From the NCBI GenBank assembly GCA_030066265.1, contig JASJCF010000005.1, positions 414 through 64,413 on the forward strand: DNA of 64,000 nt, written 5' to 3'. This stretch comes from Acidimicrobiia bacterium (GTDB lineage: Bacteria; Actinomycetota; Acidimicrobiia; Spongiisociales; UBA5794). The position numbers were made by a program, and so were the translations under genes. This document shows, piece by piece, positions 8,453-18,760 of this stretch. A model generated the notes under the pieces. That model was not told the origin of the DNA. It did no database searches and saw only the letters and a list, made by a program, of their open reading frames with translations. Numbering within the stretch: the stretch's first letter is position 1; the number at the start of each line of letters is the position of its first letter.

Positions 8453-9595
8453 GTGACGTACAAGGACACGGCCAGGGACCGCTTCGATCGAGTGGAGCCG
8501 GACCTCCAGGGATTGTCCCGATGGATGTACGAACACCCGGAGGTCGCCTTCGAGGAACACGAGACCTCCGCCCGCATGGCCGAGTTGCTGGCCGCCAATG
8601 GCCTCGAGGTCGAGTACCCGGCGTTCGGACTCGACACTGCATTCGCAGCACGTGTCGGCAGCGAGGGCCCCGAAGTGATCATCTGCGCGGAGATGGATGC
8701 CCTACCCGAGGTCGGGCACGCTTGTGGACACAACGTGATCGGAACGGCCGCCATGGGCGCAGGTATCGCCCTCGCCCCCATCGCCGACGAGTTGGGCGTT
8801 CGCATCACGGTGCTGGGCACCCCTGCTGAAGAGCACCTCGGTGGCAAGGTCGACCTCATCCAAGCAGGCGCCTTCGAGGGTGCAACGGCTGCGATGATGA
8901 TCCACCCGAGCACGAAGGACATCGTCGATCCCGCCTTCCTCGCCGTGAAGCACATCGACGTCGAGTTTCGGGGGAAGTCGTCGCACGCGTCGGGCGCGCC
9001 CGACCTCGGCATCAACGCGCTCGACGCTGCCGTCCAGGCGTACGTCAACGTCTCGACGTTGCGGCAACAGCTCGAGGACTCAGACCGCGTCCACGGCATC
9101 ATCACCTACGGTGGGGCGGCCCCCAACATCATCCCCGCCGTGACGACCATGGCGTGGTACGTGCGGGCAACGACAGATGACCGTCTCGCAGAGATCTACC
9201 CGCGAGTCGTCTCCTGTTTCGAGGCAGCGGCCATCGCCACGGGATGCTCGTTCGAGGTCCGACAGTCCGGCCACGAGTACGCCGACCTGCGAAGCGCTCC
9301 GGTCCTGGTCGATCTCTACGCGGAGAACTCGGCGGCTCTGGGGCGCCGGATGTACCGGTTGAGCGAACTCCCTCCCGAAACGTCGGGATCGACCGACATG
9401 GGGAATGTGAGCCATGTGGTGCCGTCGATTCATCCGATGCTCGACCTGCACTGCTACCCGACCGTCAACCATCAGCCGGAGTTCGCCGCCCACACGACCA
9501 CCGCCGACGGGGATGCGGCCATTCGGGACGGTGCTCTGGCCATGGCGTGGACGATCATCGACCTCGCCGAGGGCGACCGCTGGTCAGACCTCTGA
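8453..9595 (+). CDS. M20-family amidohydrolase/peptidase (AbgB-like)
   Basis: LSRWMYEHPEVAFEEHETS...ICAEMDALPEVGHACGHNVIG...GTPAEE are M20D signatures. GTG start at 8453. Confidence 0.85.
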   Translation: MTYKDTARDRFDRVEPDLQGLSRWMYEHPEVAFEEHETSARMAELLAANGLEVEYPAFGLDTAFAARVGSEGPEVIICAEMDALPEVGHACGHNVIGTAAMGAGIALAPIADELGVRITVLGTPAEEHLGGKVDLIQAGAFEGATAAMMIHPSTKDIVDPAFLAVKHIDVEFRGKSSHASGAPDLGINALDAAVQAYVNVSTLRQQLEDSDRVHGIITYGGAAPNIIPAVTTMAWYVRATTDDRLAEIYPRVVSCFEAAAIATGCSFEVRQSGHEYADLRSAPVLVDLYAENSAALGRRMYRLSELPPETSGSTDMGNVSHVVPSIHPMLDLHCYPTVNHQPEFAAHTTTADGDAAIRDGALAMAWTIIDLAEGDRWSDL

Positions 9596-12334
9596 CGCCA
9601 CCGCCGCGGGTTCCCGGCGGTCGAGCAGTCGACGCACGAGCTTCTCGCCCTCGACCACCCAGAACACGACCGTGGATGCGACGAGAACGACGGTGAGTTC
9701 GAAGCCCGTGAGCGCCTCGGTGCTCAGGAGGTTCTGCATCGGCTCCCAATAGATGATGATCACCTGGATGGCGAGCGTGATGAGCACCGTCCAGGTGAGA
9801 TACATGTTCGATCGGAGCCCGAGCGTGAACAGCGACTGCCGATCGGATCGAATCGCCAGCGCATTGCCGAGCTGAGAGAGCGCAAGCGTGGTGAACACCA
9901 TCGTCTGCCACGGGCGATCGCCGGCTTCGGCCCAGATGCCGACGCCCAGACACACGAGTCCCATCAACAGACCGACCAGGAGCACCTGCTGCCAGACCCC
10001 GCCCGCAAAGATGCTTTCGTTCGGCGGTCGGGGCTTGCGCTTCATCACGTCGGGCTCGGCTGGTTCGACGCCGAGCGCCAGGCCCGGGAACCCGTCGGTG
10101 ACGAGGTTGATCCAGAGGATCTGGACGGGCAGCAGCGGCAGGGCCAGCCCGACGAACGGGCCGAGGAACATCACCCAGATCTCACCGGCGTTGGACGTGA
10201 GGGTGTACCGCACGAAGCGGCGGATGTTGTCGTAGATCCGTCGACCCTCGCCGACCGCCGTCACGATCGAGGCGAAGTTGTCGTCCGTCAACACCATGTC
10301 GGCGGCTTCCTTCGCAACTTCCGTGCCCGCGATCCCCATCGCAACGCCGATGTCCGCAGTGCGCAGTGCCGGAGCATCGTTCACGCCGTCTCCGGTCATT
10401 GCGACGATGTCCCCATTGGCCTGCCATGCCTGCACGATGTCGAGCTTCTGTTCGGGCGAGGTGCGGGCGTACACCGCAACCGATGAGACCTCGTCGGCGA
10501 GGTCGGCGGCACCCTCCTCTGCTAGCTGCATGCCGGTCAGGACCCGTTCGTCGCCATCCATGATCCCGAGCCGAGTGGCGATCGCCTTGCCCGTGGCTGG
10601 GTGGTCACCCGTGATCATCACCGGCATGATCCCGGCCGTCCGACACGCAGCGACCGCTTGGCCGGATTCGTATCGCGGCGGGTCCGCCATGGCGACGAGG
10701 CCGTAGAGCACCAGCGCTGCCTCGGCTTGCTCAGCGGTCTCGATGGTCATGTCATGTTCGATGCGACCCGAGAGCGAGAGCACGCGATAGCCCTCGGCTG
10801 AGTACGTTGCTGCTCGTCCGAGGATCTGGTCACGCAACGACGGTGACAGTTCCACCGGGCCGTCAAGCGTGGCCACGAAGTCGATGGCGTCGATCGTCGC
10901 CTCGATCGCCCCCTTCACGGCACCAAGTGACGTCCCACCGTCTGCGGACGTGTGCAGCGTCACCATCCGCTTGCGCTCGGAGTCGAACGGTATCTCGGCA
11001 GTGCGCGGGTAGCGGGCGTTCGCCTCCGCTCGATGGAATCCCCCCTTTGCGGCCAGCGCCAGCAGAGCGCCCTCGGTCGGGTCACCGATGACGCTCCAGT
11101 CTTCGTCGTCGTCTTCGGGGGCAACGAGGGTTGCGTCGTTGCACAGGGCGGCAACCAGCAACAGATTCGACAGGGGGCCGCCCTCCTGCGGGTGGATGGG
11201 TTGCCCGTCGAGGACGATCTCACCCGCCGGTTCGAACCCCGTACCGGTCACGGCGAACTCTGCGTCGAGCGTCCACACCTTCTCGACGAGCATCCGGCCC
11301 TCCGTGAGCGTCCCCGTCTTGTCGGTACAGATGACGGTGACCGATCCCAGCGTCTCCACGGCGGGGAGGCGCCGGATGAGGGCATGGTGTTTGATCATCC
11401 GCTGGGCCCCCATGGCCAGACCGATCGTCACCACGGCGGGGAGCGCCTCGGGTATCGCCGCCACTGCGAGGCTGACCGCGGTGAGGAACATGATCTCGAC
11501 GTCCTCACCGCGCAACACACCGACCGCGAACACGATGATCGCAATGACGATGGCTGCTGCGGCGAGCCAGCGACCGAGCACGGCGAGGCGCTTCTGGAGT
11601 GGTGTCGCAGGAGCCTCATGGGTCTGGAGCAGGTCGGCGATCTGGCCGAGCTCGGTGTCCATGCCGGTTGCCACCACCACGGTTCGGGCACGCCCGTAGG
11701 CGACGGCAGTGCCCTTGAACGCCATGTTGGTGCGATCGCCGACCTGGCGACCGGCGTCCTCATCGATGACACCCACATCCTTGCTGACCGGTACCGACTC
11801 TCCGGTCAGTGCCGCCTCGTTCACGCGTAGATCGGGGGTATCGAGAATCCGTGCATCTGCGGCGACGAGATCACCGGCATCGAGGATGAGCACATCCCCG
11901 GGCACGAGCTCGGAAGCTGCCACCGTCGTTTCGACACCGTCCCTGACCACGCGGGCATGCGGAGCGGTCATGGTCCGGAGCGCCGCCATCGCCTGCTCGG
12001 CGCGATACTCCTGGAAGAACCCGATGGCTGCGTTGAGAATGACGATGGCGCCGATGACGATGGCATCGGTCGGTTCGCCGATTGCGACCATGATCGCCGC
12101 AGCGACCAGGAGCACGACGATCATGGTGTTGGCAAACTGGCGGAGGAAGAGTCTCCACCAGGGCTGCGTCGGCTCTTCCTCGAGTTCGTTCGGGCCGTAG
12201 ATCTCCTGCCGGTGCACCACCTGGTCCGCAGTGAGACCCATTGCGGCATCCGAGGCGACTACAGCGACGGCATCGTCCCCGCTGAGCGCCCACCATGAGC
12301 GATGCCCGACCCGATCGACCGTTTCCTCAGACAT
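9584..12334 (-). CDS. P-type cation-transporting ATPase, P2A (Ca2+-type)
   Basis: 916 aa with DKTGTLT, TGDGVNDAPAL, IPEALPAVVT (TM4) and WINLVTDGFPGLALG (TM6). The 3' end overlaps the convergent M20 gene by 12 nt. Confidence 0.9.
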   Translation of the reverse strand: MSEETVDRVGHRSWWALSGDDAVAVVASDAAMGLTADQVVHRQEIYGPNELEEEPTQPWWRLFLRQFANTMIVVLLVAAAIMVAIGEPTDAIVIGAIVILNAAIGFFQEYRAEQAMAALRTMTAPHARVVRDGVETTVAASELVPGDVLILDAGDLVAADARILDTPDLRVNEAALTGESVPVSKDVGVIDEDAGRQVGDRTNMAFKGTAVAYGRARTVVVATGMDTELGQIADLLQTHEAPATPLQKRLAVLGRWLAAAAIVIAIIVFAVGVLRGEDVEIMFLTAVSLAVAAIPEALPAVVTIGLAMGAQRMIKHHALIRRLPAVETLGSVTVICTDKTGTLTEGRMLVEKVWTLDAEFAVTGTGFEPAGEIVLDGQPIHPQEGGPLSNLLLVAALCNDATLVAPEDDDEDWSVIGDPTEGALLALAAKGGFHRAEANARYPRTAEIPFDSERKRMVTLHTSADGGTSLGAVKGAIEATIDAIDFVATLDGPVELSPSLRDQILGRAATYSAEGYRVLSLSGRIEHDMTIETAEQAEAALVLYGLVAMADPPRYESGQAVAACRTAGIMPVMITGDHPATGKAIATRLGIMDGDERVLTGMQLAEEGAADLADEVSSVAVYARTSPEQKLDIVQAWQANGDIVAMTGDGVNDAPALRTADIGVAMGIAGTEVAKEAADMVLTDDNFASIVTAVGEGRRIYDNIRRFVRYTLTSNAGEIWVMFLGPFVGLALPLLPVQILWINLVTDGFPGLALGVEPAEPDVMKRKPRPPNESIFAGGVWQQVLLVGLLMGLVCLGVGIWAEAGDRPWQTMVFTTLALSQLGNALAIRSDRQSLFTLGLRSNMYLTWTVLITLAIQVIIIYWEPMQNLLSTEALTGFELTVVLVASTVVFWVVEGEKLVRRLLDRREPAAVASEV

Positions 12335-12362
12335 GTCCGGAACAGAGCCTATGCGACCACGG

Positions 12363-13388
12363 TCACGACGAAGCCTCGTCCTCGTCGAGCCGCTTGTTCA
12401 CCCATTCGGTGACCGGTGCGGGCATCTCGGCCGGCCGATCTCCCCAGTCGTATACGACGACTGAGCCGGCTGCAGCATCGTGGAGGGATCTTCGCTGTGG
12501 GTTGAAGAGGATGCCGAGCAGTCCGAGGCCGAAGACGATGATCGAGATCGGAAGCACCAAGGTGCGTATCGCGGCGTGGCTTCCGGTGAGGACCCGGCCA
12601 TTGCGCCCGAGCACGCGGAGGCCGACGATCGCCATGCCGGCCGTCTTGCCCGCAATCGAGTACGAGGCCCAGTTGTACAGGAAGAGCCACGAGGAGAGCA
12701 CCATCAGGGCGAACAGCTGCCACGCCGTCGTGCTGGTGTCGATGTCGGTGAAGAAGTCGACCAGGAACGAGATGCCGAGTGCGATCAGGAGATAGCCGAG
12801 CCACATGAACACGACGTCGATGCCGAATGCGATCAGCCGGCTGACAGGGCCGGCGTAATGCCCGCTGATCTGGCCGCGGCCCGTCTCGTCCACCCCGGAT
12901 CCGGAGTCGAGGCCCTCGGGTGCAACGGGCCGCGTCTTCGGATCGCGTCCGACCAGGCGATAGGTGGAGTTGCCGATGATCACGTCGAGGGCGACCACCT
13001 GACGTCGGAACACATCGATCGCAGAACCTGCGATTGCACCCGTGCTCTCGGCGACGATGTCGCTGATCCCGGCTCGATCCACCAGCTCTTGCACATCCAC
13101 TCGGTCCATGAGGGCATCCACGTCGACGCGGTCCATGAGGGCATTGACGTCCACCCGATCGAGCAGCCGGTTGACGTCGACCCGGTCGAGCAAGTGGTTC
13201 ACGTCCACACGATCGAGCAGAGCGTTGACGTCGACCTTCTCGATGACAGCGTCGGGCTCGACGGCATCGACGACCACTCCCGTGGCCCGGGAGGTCAGGC
13301 GCGACAAGATCCCGGCACTGTGCTCATCACCGTCGTCAGCCGTCTGCGCGAGCAGCAACAGAAGCAGGAGTAGTTCACGATCCCTCAC
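12363..13388 (-). CDS. RDD-family membrane protein with N-terminal 9-aa tandem repeats
   Basis: The C-terminal half carries RLIAFGIDVV...GKTAGMAIVGLRVLGRNG...RSLHDAAAGSVVV (RDD domain). The N-terminal part has (DRVDVNALL)x6. The GTG start at 13388 is uncertain. The gene ends 28 nt before the ATPase start, so the two are probably co-transcribed. Confidence 0.75.
   Translation of the reverse strand: MRDRELLLLLLLLAQTADDGDEHSAGILSRLTSRATGVVVDAVEPDAVIEKVDVNALLDRVDVNHLLDRVDVNRLLDRVDVNALMDRVDVDALMDRVDVQELVDRAGISDIVAESTGAIAGSAIDVFRRQVVALDVIIGNSTYRLVGRDPKTRPVAPEGLDSGSGVDETGRGQISGHYAGPVSRLIAFGIDVVFMWLGYLLIALGISFLVDFFTDIDTSTTAWQLFALMVLSSWLFLYNWASYSIAGKTAGMAIVGLRVLGRNGRVLTGSHAAIRTLVLPISIIVFGLGLLGILFNPQRRSLHDAAAGSVVVYDWGDRPAEMPAPVTEWVNKRLDEDEASS
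13077..13238. repeat. 27-nt in-frame tandem repeat x6 inside the RDD gene
   Basis: Units begin at 13077, 13104, 13131, 13158, 13185 and 13212, e.g. gtccatgagggcatccacgtcgacgcg / gtccatgagggcattgacgtccacccg. They encode the VDVxxL(L/M/V)DR repeats. Confidence 0.9.
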
Positions 13389-13440
13389 AGTCCGGGACGT
13401 TATCCGATCGGTGAAGCTCGCGCAGACAACGATGAAGCAT

Positions 13441-13495
13441 CTCGGCTCCTCAGCTCGTTGGCTTCTCGGCTTCTGAGCTCACCTCCCGAGTCCCG
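13441..13495. repeat. Member of the dispersed short-tandem-repeat (STR) family
   Basis: ctcggctcctcagctcgttggcttctcggcttctgagctcacctcccgagtcccg. It shares the ctcagct.(c/g)ttggcttctcggct core with 2290-2330. It lies in a divergent intergenic region. Confidence 0.8.
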
Positions 13496-13546
13496 TAGGT
13501 CGCCGCATTGCTATCGTCGCTGCGATCCAGCCGCAGGAGCCTCGAC

Positions 13547-14353
13547 GTGACACCCGACGAGAACACTGACGCAACGGTTCGAAATCCCGGTGCGGTGCCC
13601 AGGTGGGTCGCCCTCGTGCTCCTGGCCGCGGTGCTCGTTGCCGGCTTCATGGCCGTCAGCTTCTCCTCGGATGCCGAGGACGCTCGCGCACAGGCCGACC
13701 TCCTCAAAGACGGCGTCGACCGGTCGAGCCTCCCGCTCGATCAAGCGGTTGCGCTTGCGGAACTCGCCCACGCACAGAGCGCCCCACTGCCCGCCTCCGA
13801 ACTCCACGACCATCATCACGATCATGGAGCCGAGCACACGGAGATGTCGCCCGAGGAGCAAGCCCTCTTCGAGGAGCAATGGCAGACGGCGGTCGAAGCG
13901 GCCGAAGGGCACGCCACCATGAAGCAGCTCGAGGAGTTGGGCTTCGTACGTTCATCCGGTGAGACCGACGGCGCAGGCGAGCATTGGACCAACTGGGAGC
14001 TCGTCGACCTCCCGTTCGACCCGGCACGCCCGTCACAGGTTCTGGTCGACGAGCTCGTCTTCGGTCAGGGACCCGAGCTGATCGCATTCTCGTACTGGGT
14101 CAGGTCGGACGGACCCCCGGAGGGATTCGCTGGCGATCTCGACGTGTGGCATCGGCACCGGGGCGTGTGCTTCGTCGACGGAATGATCATGGACGAGAAC
14201 CGCCAACCAGAAGAATGCGACGGCGACTGGTTCAATGGCGAGAACCTCTGGATGGTCCATGCCTGGGTCGTTCCGGGCGTCGAGAACGTCTACGGAGACT
14301 TCCACAACGTCAATCCCCTGCTCTGTGAGCGCGCATGCGGTCTGGAGGACTGA
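13547..14353 (+). CDS. Membrane-anchored His-rich hypothetical protein
   Basis: Start set at GTG 13547 (AGGAG 8 nt upstream). One N-terminal TM segment (WVALVLLAAVLVAGFMAV). His cluster HDHHHDHGAEH plus WHRHRGVCF and MVHAWV. No family recognised. Its end overlaps the copCD start by 19 nt. Confidence 0.6.
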   Translation: MTPDENTDATVRNPGAVPRWVALVLLAAVLVAGFMAVSFSSDAEDARAQADLLKDGVDRSSLPLDQAVALAELAHAQSAPLPASELHDHHHDHGAEHTEMSPEEQALFEEQWQTAVEAAEGHATMKQLEELGFVRSSGETDGAGEHWTNWELVDLPFDPARPSQVLVDELVFGQGPELIAFSYWVRSDGPPEGFAGDLDVWHRHRGVCFVDGMIMDENRQPEECDGDWFNGENLWMVHAWVVPGVENVYGDFHNVNPLLCERACGLED

Positions 14354-15960
14354 CCACGGGCCGCGGCGCAGCCGGCGAGCGGAACAGTCGGCGGTGGGAG
14401 CGGCTGACCATTGCAGCCGGCGCACTGATGATCTCGTTCACGTGGTTGCTGTTCTCGACGCCGGCACTCGCGCATACCGACCTCGCTGCGACGCGACCCG
14501 GCGATGGAGAGCTCTTGACCGACCCAGTCGCGCGCATCGAGCTCGAGTTCACCGGCGGGATCGCCGCCGAAGCGATCTCCATTCGACTGCTGGACGGTGA
14601 CGGGGGCGCCATCGCCGTCACGACGACGCTCGTCTCCGAGGAGCTGGTGGTCGTGGAGCCGCAGCTCGACCTCGAAGGCGGCCGGTACGCGGTGTTGTGG
14701 TCGGCGCGATCCGCCAGCGACGGGCATGAGGTCTCCGGATCGTTCGGTTTCGAGGTCGTCATTCCAGGATCGGGCGCCGACGCCGCACCGGTCCCGGAGG
14801 TCGAGTCCGCAGCGGAGGACGAGGTTGCGGCCGAGAACCCTCCGGCGGTCGATGACGCAGCCTCGGAGACCAGCGGGGACATCGTTGCGCCAGCAGCTGC
14901 TCCCGTCGCTGAACGACCCGCCGCAACGCCAACCGACACCGTCCCGTTGGCGGCAGCGGGTGAAGATGGTGGCGATGCGGTCGCAGCGTTCCTCGGATGG
15001 CTCGGCCGCTGGGTCTCGATGGCCGGAGCCATCATCGGGGTGGGAGCCATCGCTTTCGCGGGGACGTCGCTTGTCGGTACCGCAGGCGAAGTTCGAAGGG
15101 CGGCGTCGTGGATCCGCTTCGGCGGGATGCTCGTCTTGGCGGGATCGGTGATCGAGCTGACCGCAGCGGCGACCAGCGCGGGTCACGGCCTGCTGGCCGC
15201 GCTCATGCCCTGGACCTGGATCGACGTCCTGCCCGCGGCCCAGGCGTATGCGATGGTCCTCCGGATCGCCGGCGCCATTGCGATGCTCCAGAGCCCGCGC
15301 CTCGTTCGCACCTCGCCAGGCACGCCGGTGTCTGATCCACTCCGAGACGACGAGACGCAAGCGGCCGACCGGATGGAGGGTTCCACCGTTGCGACCGCGA
15401 CTCGAGCGGAGCCGCTGGGGAACCGCCTCGAGATCCAGCACGAGTGGGTGGCCCTCGCAGGCGCCACCATGGTGATCGGCTCCTTCGCCCTCGATGGGCA
15501 CACCGCCGACGCAGGCCTGATCGGGCGACTTGCGTCCATGGCGCACGTTCTCGCAGCCGGGGTCTGGGCCGGCGGCCTGGTGGTGATGGCTGACCTCCTG
15601 CTCCGTCGCCGTCGCACCTCGAGACGCACTGAAGCCGCTTCCGTAGCCATCCGGTTCTCCCGCGTTGCATCCGCAGCGCTCGTCCTCACGGCGATCGCAG
15701 GTGGAGCCCTCGCATGGTCACTCGTCGACGAACCCTCCGAGCTGTGGTCGGGTGCGTGGGGCCGCTCGCTCGCTGTCAAGCTGGCGTTCGTGGCGGCGGC
15801 TGCGGCGATCGGCGGCTACAACCACTTCCGGGTCGTCCCGCGCCTCGACCAGCCCGGGACGCATGCTTCCGATACGCTGCGCCGTACGGTGGCTATCGAG
15901 TCGTTGCTCATCATGGCCGTTCTCGCTGCCACGGCAGTCCTCGTGACCGCCGCCCCGTGA
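14335..15960 (+). CDS. CopC-CopD fusion copper-resistance/uptake protein (YcnJ-like)
   Basis: A signal peptide ending ALA is followed by HTDLAATRPGDGELL...GRYAVLWSARSASDGHEVSGSFGFEV (CopC fold with the mature N-terminal His). A polytopic CopD-like membrane domain follows. Confidence 0.85.
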   Translation: MRSGGLTTGRGAAGERNSRRWERLTIAAGALMISFTWLLFSTPALAHTDLAATRPGDGELLTDPVARIELEFTGGIAAEAISIRLLDGDGGAIAVTTTLVSEELVVVEPQLDLEGGRYAVLWSARSASDGHEVSGSFGFEVVIPGSGADAAPVPEVESAAEDEVAAENPPAVDDAASETSGDIVAPAAAPVAERPAATPTDTVPLAAAGEDGGDAVAAFLGWLGRWVSMAGAIIGVGAIAFAGTSLVGTAGEVRRAASWIRFGGMLVLAGSVIELTAAATSAGHGLLAALMPWTWIDVLPAAQAYAMVLRIAGAIAMLQSPRLVRTSPGTPVSDPLRDDETQAADRMEGSTVATATRAEPLGNRLEIQHEWVALAGATMVIGSFALDGHTADAGLIGRLASMAHVLAAGVWAGGLVVMADLLLRRRRTSRRTEAASVAIRFSRVASAALVLTAIAGGALAWSLVDEPSELWSGAWGRSLAVKLAFVAAAAAIGGYNHFRVVPRLDQPGTHASDTLRRTVAIESLLIMAVLAATAVLVTAAP

Positions 15961-15961
15961 C

Positions 15962-16022
15962 GGGAGTCGAGGGGGGACACTCGGAGCTTCTCAGCTCCTC
16001 AGCTTCTCGGCTCCTCAGCCCC
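15962..16022. repeat. STR-family member
   Basis: gggagtcgagggggg...ggagcttctcagctcctcagcttctcggctcctcagcc, lying between the convergent copCD and aapP ends. Confidence 0.8.
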
Positions 16023-16832
16023 CTAGAGAATCTGGCTGAGGAACAGCTTCGTGCGGTCGTGCTGCGGGTTCGTGAAGAAGTGCTCGGGCGTGCCTTCCTC
16101 CACGATCGTGCCGTAGTCGAAGAACATGACCCGGTCGGCGACCTCTCGGGCGAAGCCCATCTCGTGGGTGACGACCATCATCGTCATGCCCCCGAGAGCG
16201 AGTTCTTTCATCACGTCGAGCACTTCCTTGATCATCTCCGGGTCGAGCGCCGACGTCGGCTCGTCGAACAGCATGATCTTCGGCTTCATCGCAAGCGACC
16301 GTGCGATGGCAACCCGCTGCTGCTGACCGCCCGAGAGCTGGCCGGGATACTTGTCGGCCTGCTCGGGGATCCCGACCCGCTCGAGCAGCTCCATGGCGTA
16401 GTTCTCGGCTTCGTCCTTCGGCTGCTTGCGGACCCACTGTGGAGCGAGCGTGATGTTGTCCATCACCGTGAGATGCGGGAAGAGATTGAACTGCTGGAAG
16501 ACCATCCCGACCTCGGAACGGATCTTCTCGATGTTCTTGATGTCGTTCGTGAGCTCGATGCCGTCAACGATGATCGTGCCTTCTTGGTGCGCCTCGAGGC
16601 GATTGATGCAGCGGATATAGGTCGACTTGCCAGACCCCGACGGACCGATGACCACGACCACCTCGCGCTCGCGCACAGTTGCGGTCACGCCCTTGAGCGC
16701 CTGGAAATCGCCGAACCACTTCTTCACATCCTCCGTGACGACGATCGGATCACCGAGCGTCCGCGACGCCGCTTGGCCGCCGGCTGCGGCGTCGGTGTCC
16801 GGTGCTGACTGATCGCTGAATTCGTTGTCCAT
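16023..16832 (-). CDS. aapP: Amino-acid ABC transporter ATP-binding protein
   Basis: Walker [10 protein letters not shown], signature [13 protein letters not shown], Walker [17 protein letters not shown]-family ATPase. Confidence 0.9.
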   Translation of the reverse strand: MDNEFSDQSAPDTDAAAGGQAASRTLGDPIVVTEDVKKWFGDFQALKGVTATVREREVVVVIGPSGSGKSTYIRCINRLEAHQEGTIIVDGIELTNDIKNIEKIRSEVGMVFQQFNLFPHLTVMDNITLAPQWVRKQPKDEAENYAMELLERVGIPEQADKYPGQLSGGQQQRVAIARSLAMKPKIMLFDEPTSALDPEMIKEVLDVMKELALGGMTMMVVTHEMGFAREVADRVMFFDYGTIVEEGTPEHFFTNPQHDRTKLFLSQIL

Positions 16833-16866
16833 GGTGCTCCTCTTGGGGTTCGAGACTATCGCACGA

Positions 16867-18759
16867 TCACCGCTCGCCGACGCCGAGTCTCTTCTCGAGA
16901 CGCAGGCTGATCCGCGAGAACGTGAAGGTGAAGAGCCAGTAGACGACCGCGGCGAAGATCAGTGTCTCCTTGATCGAGCCGAGGAAGCTGAACGGCTGGC
17001 TCTGCGCCGGAATGATCTGTCTGGCGATGTGAAGGAAGTCGAAGAGCCCGACGATCGTCACGAGTGACGTGTCCTTGAAGAGTGCGATCACCTGTCCGAC
17101 GAGTGCCGGGATGACGGCCCGCAAGGCTTGAGGGAGTGTGATGAAGACGATCATCTGGATCGTCGACATGCCGAGCGCCCGCGAGGCCTCCTTCTGGCCG
17201 GCGGGAATGGATTGCAGACCGCCGCGAACGTTCTCCGCGAGGTAGGCCGCACTGAAGAACGTCATCGCCCCGATGGCCCTCAGCACACCCCCGATCTCGA
17301 TGCCCTCCGGGAGAGCCACCGGGAGCATCAGGAATGCCACCAGCAACCAGGTGATCAGCGGCACGCCGCGAACGAGCTCGATGTACGCCGTGCAGAGCAG
17401 ACGGAAGATCGGCATCGTCGACGTGCGACCCAGAGCGAGGATCACCCCGAGGGGGAACGACAACACGATGGACGTGAAGGCGAGGACGATCGTCAAGGAC
17501 AAGCCGCCGAGGAAGAAGCTGCCGGGCACGTCGATCCCCGAGTCCGTGTCCATCGTGAACACGAAGAAGGCAACGAGGAACACCGTGATCAGCCACGCAA
17601 CGATCAGACCGCGGGATCCGTCACCTCCGAAGCTCGGCGCTGCCAAGGCGAACAGTGCCAGAGCGAGCAGCATGAATCGCCACACGAACGGCATCGGAAT
17701 GAACAGTGAGGCGAACGCGAGCAGCAGGAGGAACCCAGCGACGACACGGCCGACTTCGCCGGTGCCTGGCCTCGCCATCCACCACAGGAGAAGCGACCCA
17801 ATCGCCCCCATGACGAGGAAGCCGAGCCCGTGGACCGTGGCACCCTCCGCCCAGTCCCACTCGGGCTTCCGGAGCAGGATGAGGACGAGGACGGGGAACG
17901 CCAACACCCACAGGACGGTGAGGGTGCGCTTGATCGCAGCGTCGGCGGCGCTGCTGGCTCCTCCGACCAATCGGAAGAAGACGTAGACGATCACGGAGAC
18001 GACCGCGATCAGCGTCCACGGGATGGTGGTCGACTCGGCGACCGGTCGGAACACCTTCACCTGGGGTGCGCGGACACCCGCGGCCTCGGCTCCGTCGGTG
18101 ATCGCCTGGCCGTCCACGATCTTCGCAGGGACGGGCACATCGACAACCCAGATCACGGCGAGACCGAGGACGATCAGGACGCCCACGAGGCCCATGATCG
18201 GGATGATGGATTCCTTCGCCCGTTCGCCCGTCGCCGCCCGCAGCGCGTATCCGATCACCATGAGGACGGCACCGACGATGAACCACCAGATCCGCCCTTC
18301 CGAGATCCAGGCAGGGGCGTTGGGCGGTACCACGTCGGTCGAGTTGAACGGCCCCAACAGCCCTCCGAGGATGACGGCACCACCGACGCCCATGAGCACG
18401 GCGCCGATTCGGCGCGGCTCGGCCATGCCGCCGAGCCGCCACATCGCAAGCGAGGCGGCGAGCAAGCCGAAGACGATGCCCACGCTGAGCCAGACGCGCC
18501 ACATCTCGTCGCCGGGGTACGCCTGGACCATCAACAGCTTCATGTTGAAGGTGACCGCATCCCAGCGGCGGAGCGGATCGAACACGAAGTTGAGCAGCCC
18601 CCGGTACGCGAAGAGCACGATGACGATGGAAATGACCGTCATCACGCCGCTCGCGGGCGTCGAGAACAGGTTGTCGCGGAGCCAGATCCTCGGCCCCTTC
18701 GGGGGAGGCTCCGGAGCGAGTTCCTGATCGTCTACGAGGACGACGCCTTCGTCGGTCAT
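16867..18759 (-). CDS. aapM: Amino-acid ABC transporter permease with long N-terminal multi-TM extension
   Basis: The C-terminal part (...[16 protein letters not shown]...[24 protein letters not shown]) is a His/Glu/Gln/Arg-type permease core. At 630 aa it is much longer than typical AapM. Confidence 0.85.
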   Translation of the reverse strand: MTDEGVVLVDDQELAPEPPPKGPRIWLRDNLFSTPASGVMTVISIVIVLFAYRGLLNFVFDPLRRWDAVTFNMKLLMVQAYPGDEMWRVWLSVGIVFGLLAASLAMWRLGGMAEPRRIGAVLMGVGGAVILGGLLGPFNSTDVVPPNAPAWISEGRIWWFIVGAVLMVIGYALRAATGERAKESIIPIMGLVGVLIVLGLAVIWVVDVPVPAKIVDGQAITDGAEAAGVRAPQVKVFRPVAESTTIPWTLIAVVSVIVYVFFRLVGGASSAADAAIKRTLTVLWVLAFPVLVLILLRKPEWDWAEGATVHGLGFLVMGAIGSLLLWWMARPGTGEVGRVVAGFLLLLAFASLFIPMPFVWRFMLLALALFALAAPSFGGDGSRGLIVAWLITVFLVAFFVFTMDTDSGIDVPGSFFLGGLSLTIVLAFTSIVLSFPLGVILALGRTSTMPIFRLLCTAYIELVRGVPLITWLLVAFLMLPVALPEGIEIGGVLRAIGAMTFFSAAYLAENVRGGLQSIPAGQKEASRALGMSTIQMIVFITLPQALRAVIPALVGQVIALFKDTSLVTIVGLFDFLHIARQIIPAQSQPFSFLGSIKETLIFAAVVYWLFTFTFSRISLRLEKRLGVGER

Positions 18760-18760
18760 G

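Noticed and set aside
14290-15546. 418-aa minus-strand ORF antisense to copCD. Similar cases: 18758..20212 (+) versus aapQ, 48963..50312 (+) versus the thiolase-like gene, 50954..52003 and 52442..53989 (+) versus the Mo subunits, and 34152..35249 (-) versus the rhomboid gene
   Set aside because: Same reasoning. The opposite strand carries well-supported genes, and these ORFs have a biased R/D/G/P composition and no SD or family signal.
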